From Hydrolagus colliei (Eukaryota): DNA of 64,000 nt. Shown here in pieces: positions 1-10,800 of the stretch (positions within the stretch are counted from its first letter, which is position 1; each line of letters opens with the position of its first letter). The notes under the pieces were generated by a model. That model was given only the letters and a program-made list of their open reading frames with translations. It was not told the DNA's origin and ran no database searches. Where the stretch lies: the NCBI GenBank assembly GCA_035084275.1, contig CM068749.1, positions 14,942,001 through 15,006,000 on the forward strand, in the 5' to 3' direction. Position numbers and translations under genes: made by a program.

Positions 1-3000
1 GGTCAGTTGACAGCTTCTTAACGAAAATAGTTGGAGAGGGAGGGAGGGAGGAAAGGGAGGGAGGGAGGAGGTGGAAGCTGCAGAAAATTCTCAAAGCGAC
101 AGGTTCCCACCATTGTGGCCTCGCACAATTTCCACATCATATATTTTGACATCTGTTCTACCTGTATCTAATATATATGTATATAGATATAGATATAGAC
201 CCTCTGCTTTAGCCATGTTGTACTCTATCCCTTCTTTGTTTATTTCGGGAGGAGGGGAGGAGGAGGCACGTTGTAAAGGTGCATGATGCAGGTACCGTGT
301 GTCCTCCAGATCACTGGAGCCACTGTTCTTTGTATCTCTGTGCACCGTGTAGTCCTTTTCCCACAAACGCTACACTTATTTCCTCTCTACTCTCGGGTGT
401 AATTTAATCCAAGTGTATCACTGACGGAAATGTTGATGTAACTTTGCGATTGTATCTCCCGACTGACTGCCTTGTCGCTTTCGTGACAAGCAAATCCTCA
501 ACTTGCAAAGTCTTCTATTTTGACTTGAATTGGAAAGACACGCACACCCAATGCTTCCGTCTGTATGTTTGGATGACATTCAGGTACACACGACTTTCCT
601 TTATAATGTAACTTTAACGAGGCTGTAAATCCACGGTTGAGGCGGTGGTAGACAACCATGACTGTATCCTTGTCTTCGGCAGACCCAGTGTTTATGTGGC
701 CAGTTTATTCTTGCAGGATGGAAACTCTAGGGTATTTGACGCAGACGAGGCTGTCTCAATATCATCCAGAATATAAGAAATAAATGTTTGGTCAGACACA
801 AAAAAAAATAGTTGAAGCTCTAGCGGAAGGAAACCTTCCTGAAAGGTAACAAAACCCAAAAAATATCCAACGGGTCTTCAGTTTTCTAACTCCAATCATG
901 AGGGAAAATATTGCTCACTCGCTTAAGTTTTTAGTCTAGTACTTTCAATCCAATCATCTCTCAAGAACTTAAGCTCGCATTTTCTCCAATAAGTGACTGA
1001 AGCAACATGGCCTCCTACTCTCCCATCTGGTGTGCAAGTTATTGGTAGCTGTTATTATGCTCTTCGGCCCCACAGATGGGTTGGAAAATGATATTTTCCG
1101 GGGGGAATTTAAACAAAAAGTGCCGTTTGCTATCAATCCGATTCTTACTCGGGAGTATGGGTGAAGATTTGGGATCGAAATAGTTTTTTTTAAAATCTAT
1201 TGAATCTTAATCATTCAGTTGAACAATTAATCAGGTAGTGTCGTCTTTGCTCATCAACCTGAAGGTGCCTCTAGTTTACCCTGATGCTAAACTATACTTA
1301 GCTGAACTGCAATTGGAGGAAACTAATGATGTGAGAGATAAGTCAACCCAGGTAGGATTCTACAGAATGGTCATTTTGCAGACTTTTCTGAAGAAAAACT
1401 AAAACTGGGTTTGGAGAGAGAAGAAAAGAAAAAACAATGTTTGGAGCTGATTGTTAAGTTGATTTGAAAAAAATACAGCAGGGCTCGATGGAAGGTCAGA
1501 ATTTAAACTTGTATAGCAACATTCATAATTAAATAATCAGAGTAAATAATTCAAAAATGACACCCGCGTAAATTAGATTTTGAGATTTTGTTAAAACCCC
1601 AACACGCATGTGAAACAAAATATTAGATTTGCGGGCGTGAAATGCGAGTGTTCATCGTAAGAAAACTGTATATTTGATCACGAATGATGTCTAAATTGCT
1701 TCATTTTTATTACGATGCAGAAATTATGATCTTTCATTATTTTAAAAAATAAGATAATAACGGCTGTTGGTCTCACAAAAGCAACACAGTCCAACGATTT
1801 ACCTACATTGATCAAAATAGTGTTTTAGTTCGTTTCTACTTTCCTAAATGTAATTTATAACTGTCATTTTTAAATGATTACTTTCGATTATTAGTTAAAA
1901 TAAATAAATCTGTTTTTAGAATCAAGATTTAATTGTAATTTTTAAAACGAGGCCAAAAATATTTAATTAAAAAGGCTAAGTATTAATAAATAAAACTTTA
2001 AATCCAATTATACTAAACTGCGTATCCGAAATGATCCAATTTTCTTTTCTTATCGTAAATACAGTATATCCTCGGAAAAAAAGCAATAAAGCTATATCAC
2101 AATCAAAACATAAGTCAATGGCATTGGACAAGACTTAACAAGAACTAACAAAAAAGGTTACATTTAATTTGAATTAAAATGTTGAATCAAAAAACACTTG
2201 TAGTATTTCAAATAGATGTCATCTTCTGTTGCAGTTGCAAATACTTACAATGTGTGTTAGGGTAACAGTTTCGTTGTCAGCTATAAACGTTTCGTTATAT
2301 AACATGGACAAGTAAAAAGGCGGACAAGTCAACATAGTCTTAGAAACTGTAATTCACCAGCGCGACAGAGAGCAACAATTTATTCAGTTTAGTGAAAGAA
2401 AAACAATGTGGCTCTCTCAAACACAGCCCGCGTTTATAAAATCATTAGTTTATCCATCAAAAACACATACCCAATCTTAATTTGAATGGAGGAAGGAACC
2501 AGAAGTATTTCTACTGCCATGAAACCTACCGCAAAACAAAAGTTCAACCTATAGTTTATTGAAATCTTCGTTACGGATGTAGACGTGGAGTTCAAGGTTA
2601 TTAAAGCAACGCTTTGCTTTCATAATCATTTACAACAGCTGTGAGTCGATCATCGTGTCATATGGAACAAGTGAAACACACCTTGTAACCTTCCTTATAT
2701 TGCAAGAATTAACACAGGCGATACAATGCAGTGTATAGTAGTTTTGTGATTGTAATGACATGTTTTTTCAGATACTAATCAAAGACGATATTAATTTTAA
2801 CAATGCTCGCAACCAACTAACTCTCACAATAACATTTTTTATCTTGGTTGATTTTCACGAGTAGTGGTGATATTTCACTGTAACTATTTATCGTTATTTA
2901 ACCGTAAAATGTGACTAATTGGCCGGTGATAACACAATCAATTTCACCACACTCTTTAAAAAGCAGACAAAAAAAATCAATTGAGTTCAGAGCTAGACTT

Positions 3001-3899
3001 AAACAGTCTTAGAACATTGCTGGAAAATACGAAAGGATTCAACGGAAGATGCCTTTTTTGTATATAAAATTGCAATAGCGTCAGGAAATAGACAGATATG
3101 GTAATTATTTTAAATTAGGATTAATATATTTCACATCCAAAATTTTACTAGCCTTTCTATGCGTGCCTCCCCTCTGCTTACAAGCAATCTACGATTACTC
3201 TTATGTCAGTTGCCAAAACGACCCCACGTCCAATATATATTCTATATGAAGTTGTGTGTGGCAGTAAACAGCCTATATAAACGAGCTGATTACCATCCGG
3301 TGAGGGGGGGGGGGGGGGGGAGTGAAGTGTTCCAATTATGTGCTGTGCAAATTGATGTTTACTGAGCGATATGTAATATATATAATATATATAATATTTA
3401 CTGTATATATATATATATATAGATACCGTATGTTGCAAATGCAGACCCATTTGAGAATCCCGAAACAGGTTTGATATTCGCTAGATCCGAATCTGTGCCT
3501 CGCTGACTACTTATCAGAAGTTTGTTTCTCTGCTGCATAATGAATGCCCCCACCCTTGGAATGATGAGGTTAACTCACGCCAACATGTGGCTAACCGATG
3601 TCAACCTTCATTTGAGTGGAAACAAATCCACGGGTTCCTCGTTCCACCTGTGAAGGGTTTATTCCCCCCCCAAAAAAAACCGAGGAACGTTTGTCCCGAT
3701 TGCTTATCGTGACTTGGAGTAACTACTGCGCTAGTTTTTAAGTTACTAACCACATACACACATACTGTGTAACTGTTGTACTAAATACTGACAATCTTCA
3801 GGCGATTGTAGCTTGCAACCATAGAATAAAAATGAGTGAAATCGTTGCTTCCAGCTCCTAATGCAAAGTAAACCCCCACACACAACAACTATTTTAGAG

Positions 3900-4751
3900 G
3901 CGAATGGGGAGATGTCTTTTGTGGCCACAATGAATTTTTCAGGAAGTGCAACTTTTTGAGAGTTTTTTTTGGGGGGGTGGTTTTCAATCGCTCATCTTGG
4001 TACTTTGTGTTCATCACTTGAAACTGCCGGCTCTGAAATATAATGTTGCTCGTGACTCAGATGGCATGAGCTGTGAGTGAAACCGTCTCTGAGAGAGTTA
4101 AATGGACCCGCAGAGTTTATGTTATTTCACACACACACACACACACAAGCACACACCCTATTGCTGTGTTTCTCTTTTGGAAAACAGGAGGATGTGGTGG
4201 TGGTGTGCTTGTGAGAAAATGGCGTGCAGTAACCAAATGTTTTTATTTTCCTTTCTTGTCTTCTGAAAGCTGTAACCCGAGTCTTTGTTTGGTTTTCAGT
4301 AAAGTCATGTAACCGATGATAGATAGGCTACTAGTGAGAGTGTGCCTGCTGCTGGTTGGACAAAACAATTACCCCTACAAACTATTTTTTTTGCAGACAT
4401 GTATGAATAAAATTCCTGCATACTCAAGACGTATTTTGTGTGGGAAGGTGCGGTCAGGAAGTTGAAGGGGGTGGGGGGGGGGGGAGTTTTCGAAAGTTCC
4501 ACCCACTTGAAAAGGTAACTTTTTTTAAAAAGAAAACAAGACCAAGCAACAGTTCAGTTCGACCCGTAGAGAAACGAGAGAGGAGCTTTGGACTAAAGGC
4601 CAACAACATATATATATTTTTAAAAAGGCCAACTATATATATATATATATATAGATAGACAGATAGATAGTCGTGAAAAAAATATCCACTTCAACCCTCT
4701 TGATACAAAAATAAGGAACCTCCTGTGACTGGAATACGAGTTTTGATTGCA
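3900..4751 (+). promoter_or_regulatory. LHX8 proximal promoter/5'UTR region
   Basis: Directly upstream of the ATG; CpG-retaining; G-tracts, (CA)n/(TA)n, and TCAAGTG (NK2-type) sites on - at 4015-4021 and 4504-4510. The TSS cannot be determined. Confidence 0.5.
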
Positions 4752-4832
4752 ATGTACTGGAAGAGCACTGAACTGTTTGTCTGTCGAATGGAAGGGAAAG
4801 AAAACTACACGGGGAACGAGTCTCTGGGCAAG
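4752..4832 (+). CDS. LHX8: LHX8 coding exon 1 ([27 protein letters not shown])
   Basis: ATG at 4752; 81 nt; donor AAG|gtaaga; resembles the vertebrate Lhx8 MYWKS..F.C N-terminus. Confidence 0.9.
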
Positions 4833-7800
4833 GTAAGAATGGTCCGCGATCCATTTAATGTTGTTTAGAAGTGGTTAATAAAGGATAGAGGAGGGAGGGT
4901 TCCTCACAGCCATGTCGACGTTTTTATGATACAGTATACGAATCGACTGTAAAATGTTGTTGAAACTCAAAAGGCGGATCTCACTCGGTGACATTGGTGA
5001 TTGTTTTTGTGGGGAGGGTTTCTCCCTTTTGTTGGGCTTTACGTCGAGGAATGTCTAGTGTGTGGATCCCTTCTCCTAAACGGCTCAGTCCATACTCACA
5101 AAAGGAGACAGACAGACAGACAGACAGACGATGGCGAGGAGGATAAGCATAAAGGCCATTTAACTTGTGGTGATATTATCCGTATCCCTGTGACCTGAAG
5201 CGGGAAGGCAAGGCAAGCTTTGACTTCGGGTGGGACATTTATGGTCTAGCTCTGGCCACTGGCGAGCAAGCAAGCGGTTCATCTGGTGTGTTTCACTTCG
5301 ATATAAAAGTATATTAAAATGTACAGGGATGACCGGGAGCTGGGTGGGTGGGGGTTTAATTCGGGTGAATATATTTGACGTGTGTGTGTGTTTTTGTTTT
5401 GCAAATACTTTTTAAGGTATTTTGAGGGCATATTCCTGGGAGCTGGTTATTAAACAGGCTGCATTGGCACAGTTGCTGACACTGCATCCTAAAATTAGGA
5501 TTAGCAAAAAAAAACGCGGGTTTTGTCTCTACACACTGACAGACACACACTCCCTCGTTGGAGATAACATTTAATATAGGTCACATCGATGATGGTGACT
5601 TGACGAACTAAATAACGACAATCAACATTGCCCCCTCCTTATTGCTGCACTAGAAAATCCTAAACGCTCAACGATAAAAATAAATACCCTACGAATAGAT
5701 ATTTGGTAAAATCCTTTAAATCAACGTTAGCTTTAGTAAACATGTGCGACTGTGTGTGTGTGTTTTGGTGGTGGTGGGGGGGGGGGGGGGGGGGGGGGAG
5801 GGAACTCTGTTTGATTTTCTGACCTTTAATTAGGAAAGGATTTGGCCAGGACCATGTGTGAAGTGGTGGTTTGTCAACGTGAATCACCTGCACCAGTAAT
5901 TGTTCTTTTTTCTCTCTCTTTAAATTGTCAATCGAACAAACATTCGCTCAGCGAATCGGCTGTAATTATCTTTCAAGTGGCTCCATTAAACCTCTTCACC
6001 TCGAGGTTACCCTGTGAAATGCGTTTGGAGTGGGGAGGGGAAGGCTTGTTTTAATTGTTACTACAAAATCAATTTGCCCTTTTCCCACCGACTCCCAACC
6101 TGATTTTGATTGACGTTAGCAATTGATCTGTGCGGATGAAAAGCTTTATGAAACCAGGGGAAAGAACGAGAAAACGGTCTCTCTTTTTATATATAGATAT
6201 ATATATATATATGCGCTTCACAAAATTCAACTAACAATTTGATAATGGGAGTTCACTATCGGTTCAAGTAGTTCTGTGTTTTCGTTAAAGGAGTCTAGGG
6301 TATTTACTATCCAAATTGCATCTTAATAATCACCACAAAAAAAGCGTTGTCATAGTGAACAAGCAAAGTGGTGGAAATTATTCACTGGTTTGTAGATGGT
6401 TTAAAAGGCTGCCACACACACACGCGCGCACACAAAAAGAAATAGAAAACGAGCGAGCAATTCATAAAGTGGCTGTGAAATACGTGGAAACCCTATTATT
6501 ATTTTTTACTAATGTTTGAAAGTCACGTCTGAAGATTGTGGCGACTCTGTTCCTTTCGGGGGGAATAAAACGCGGCCGAGGATCGCTTCCAGTTCGGTAC
6601 AAAGTAATAAATACTTCATCATCCAATGTCCGTCTGTCTGTCTGTCAGTCTGTCTCACTCACTCGATTTCCAACGGGTTTGCTCGGGCGCGTTTAACTTT
6701 TCTCTCTCTCTCTCTCTCTCTTCGTGTGTGTGTGTGTCTCTGTCTCAGATTAATCCCGAGAAAGTTTTCAAAGAAAATTCCTGCTCCCCACTCACGGCAG
6801 GATCTCCGCCCTTCTCCCCGCAATCCATGGCATCTTCAGGGACTGAGAAAAACATCTGTAACAGCTGTGCCTTGGAAATCGTGGACCGATACCTCCTTAA
6901 GGTGAGAGAGTATCGAAGCGCCTTCCTGTGTGAGAGAGAGATATAGAGAGAGATAGATACACAATAAATGTTGTTGAATTTGGGAAATGTATTTTCACAA
7001 CCGTGCCAGCCTCAAACTTTTGGATTAAACATGAATCGATGTAATCTCGGGCATGCAGTCTCATATTTTTCTGTCATGTATATCACACTGAACTATTTGA
7101 TTTTCTATTTTTTTTTAATTATTATGATTATTATTACGCTCTCGGGTGAGAATTCTTTTAGAACGTGGTTTTTGGTCAAAAAGTATTTTTTTGTGTGAAC
7201 AATAAAAGAAATTCGATACGAAATGTCTCAACTGGTTAAAAGTTTTAGAGTTTGCGAATGTGGTCGTGTACATTATAAAGCTTTGGTGCATCTAAAAATG
7301 CAACTGACTCGAGCCTTCATTTAAACCCTGCGTACAGTGAAGTTTTTTTTTGTCTAACCACAGGATTTGATTGTGTGCATGTCTCCCACTGTTTCGTGCT
7401 CTTTTTTGGGGGGGATTGATTGGTTTTCTAGACTTGTCTTTAAAGGTTCAACACGTCGTGAAAACGATCAGTGTAGCCCACTCTAACCTTTAGCCCGAGT
7501 TTAAAATCGGTTCTGATGAACTGCGATCTCTTTTTATTTCTCTCTCTCTCTCTCTAACCCCCCCCCCCACCCCCACCCCACACACACACCTCGCACCTTG
7601 CAAAATATGTATTAAATATACAGTATAAACGTCGAGTCGGCTAGTTTACTGGAGTGCAATGATAATGCTGAGGTTTTGATCCGGATTTATCTGTTGAATG
7701 CAGCAGCAGTCAAATTACATGCCTTGGAACAACTTCAGAAACGTAATAATCTGATTTGTTTGTATGTTAACTCGACTGGAAGTACTCGGATATCAATAAG

Positions 7801-10800
7801 ACTCCCCTTTCTCTCCCCCCCCCCCCCCCCCCCCCCCCCTCCCTCTTTATAAACTGAACGTTGCTTTTTGCTTGAAACATAACCAGCGCATTTGCTGTGT
7901 GAGCATTAAGACGCCTAGTGATTTCTGCAACAATTACGCTGCCATTTGGTTTTGAAATAATCTTATCAGTTTTGCTAAAGTCTACGGTTCTGATGTTTGA
8001 ATGGCTTTATGTTCCCCGTGTTGCTGTTATAGTTGTGTTGATGACTTGTCTGCCAAACCTGAAACCATTCTTTTATTGGTGTTGAATGATTAATATGTAT
8101 ATATACAGTATACATGTTTTCTCTCCCCCTCCCTATGTAGGTAAACGGGTTGTGCTGGCATGTCCGCTGTCTGGTTTGCAGTGTGTGTAGAACTTCTTTA
8201 GGAAAGGACAGCAGTTGCTACATCAAGGACCAAGAAATATTTTGCAAATTTGATTATTTCAGGTAATGCACTAATTTTCAAGCTTTCGGTATGAAAAGTT
8301 GATTTTAATCTTCTTAACGCTTTTTGGCCAAAGTGTGAAATTGCATTCTCTTATGTTTGTGTCGGCCTAATTCTGCAGATCGATTTTTTCCTATGTACAG
8401 TACCGCCCGATAACCTATCAAAACTAAACAATAACCAACAAGCAAAGAGCTCATTTCATTCAGAATCTCGAGATTTTAATGGACGAACTCCGCACAATAT
8501 TTATGTTCTGATTTTTTTTAAAAAAACCAAAAGAGGAAAAATGTTTTTAAGTGATTTTCTGAATGGAAAAACGTGTTAAATCAATGAAATTAGTGAAACG
8601 TAAGCGAGTCCTGTAAGTTATACACGTTGTATTGATTTCATTAGCAGCCTCTGTGCATTTGATGTATCTGTCGGGCAACAAATAAACGCTACACCTTGTG
8701 AGGTTACAATAGGATACAGCTGTTTGTGGAGCTGCAATTTACAACCGGTTAAATCGGTCCATTCAAACCTCTCCGGTTAAATCGGTCCGTTCAAACCTCT
8801 CCGGTTAAATCGGTCCATTCAAACCTCTTTCAATCAATTTACGGCAGAGCAATGTTTTAACGCTAAACGGTGCACAAGATTAACCCCAATATAATTTGCA
8901 AACCACGCTATTCAATGCCAGAAGCCCGAATTCACTGGACCTGTTTGGCGTTGGTTGGGTTTATTGCAAGTTTGGGAAGATAGTGCCACAAAACTCGGGA
9001 ACATAAATGATCATTGGTTCACTTTCCATCCTGGAATGTAAAAATGGACGAGGGATGGGGGAGTTGGGGAGGAGGAGGAGGAGGCGTCAATATATGAGCG
9101 GCCACCAAAACAACTGATGATGGGATCCGGCAAAAAAAAATGACACCTTGGGATTTTCACATAATCCTTTCTCTTTCCACCCAACCACCCACCCACTCAC
9201 TCTCGTGGCAGTAGCTTTAGGAAAGGGAAAATGCAAACGCAGACTCATTTGTGTTGTACAAAATTCCGATGATGAAAAAAAAATTTGGGAGAGAATATTT
9301 CATTGGTTTTGCCTGAAAAAATTGATTGTGTTTTTTTTTTAAAAAAAATTGCGCAAAGTATTCAGGTAGAACTCGTTCGTGTTTGTGTTTTTGTGCGGTT
9401 GTTGTTTCGGTCTCTTAACTGCAATGCTCTATACACATCTCCTCCTCTATAGTCTCATTAGTATAAGGTGTTGTGTGGTTTTGTTTGACAGGCGCTATGG
9501 CACTCGCTGTTCTCGCTGTGGCCGGCACATCCACTCAACAGACTGGGTCCGCAGGGCTAAAGGCAACGTGTATCACCTGGCTTGTTTCGCCTGTTTCTCC
9601 TGTAAGAGGCAACTCTCGACAGGCGAAGAGTTCGCTTTGGTGGAAGAAAAGGTTCTCTGTCGGATACACTATGACTGTATGTTAGAAAACCTGAAAAGAG
9701 CGGCCGAAAACGGTAATAATTTCATTCGTTAATCCCCAAAATTTGCGTCTGTTAAAATTTTTTTAATTAAGTGACACAAACTTTTGTTTAAAAAAGCTGC
9801 TGTTGACTTTTTTTGTTAAGAAGGTTCCGACTTTAAATGGACTAGAACTTAAACTCGCCTTTCACCGCGATGTGGTTGGTCTGTTTTGACTATTTCAATC
9901 AAACATATGTAATTTAAGGAACCCGAACCTTGCGTTTTGTTTTGTTTTTTAAGGCCCTCCAATATTTACTATTTCTGTTTGTATGATGTTGGCGAAATTG
10001 TAACTTAGACGTATGCAACTTTCATACCTAGCAAAATTTACATTTAAAAAAGACCTATTTTTTATTGTAAAATGTAAATTTTGTAATTTGATGTTGTTTT
10101 CATTTCTGATTAAGTTTGGATTAATACTGATTGTTGTCATAGATGCTTTGCAATACAATTAGAAAACATCTTAGCTTTATAAGTGAAAAGGAATAAGATT
10201 ATTAAAAGAATCATGTAGGTAGTTAAGCATATGTGCACTTACGCACATACTCCCTATACTTTGATGGAGCTATCCAAAATACATCAATTTTTGTGTGGAA
10301 AGTTCTTGTAATTGTAACACTGGGTGAAAAGTAGGAATGATTTATAAAATTATAGAAACTACTTTCATTCTGCAGTGTTGTGACATTCCTAAACATGACA
10401 ATTGATTAAAAAATGTTTGCATAACTTAATCACTGAGATGAAAGCTATTCTCTTAGTTTATATAATTCGATCACAGGGAGTGGCGTCAGTGTGGAAGGAG
10501 CCTTGCCAACTGAACAAGATATAAACCAACCAAAGCCAACAAAAAGAGCACGTACAAGTTTCACAGCAGATCAGCTTCAGGTAAAATGCATTCTCAACTT
10601 TGCTCAACATTTTTTTTGTTTAATCAGCTTGATTTATATTTTTCTCTAAGTTTGCAAAACAAAATTTAGGATGGCTTTTTTATTTCATTATTTTTGGGTG
10701 AGTTTTTTAAAAAAAAACACTTAATGCTTAAACTAGCATTTTGACTGGATTTGAGTTTTCATAAAGTAAATGTTATTTTCCTTGTGAGCAGTACACTTTA

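Noticed and set aside
6516-6905. 129-aa ORF overlapping LHX8 exons 2-3
   Set aside because: It reads exon 2 in frame, then runs through a microsatellite intron into the wrong frame of exon 3. It is not a separate gene.
8745-8828. 28-bp direct repeats resembling a CRISPR array
   Set aside because: There are no spacers and no cas genes, and the context is a eukaryotic intron. It is a simple minisatellite.
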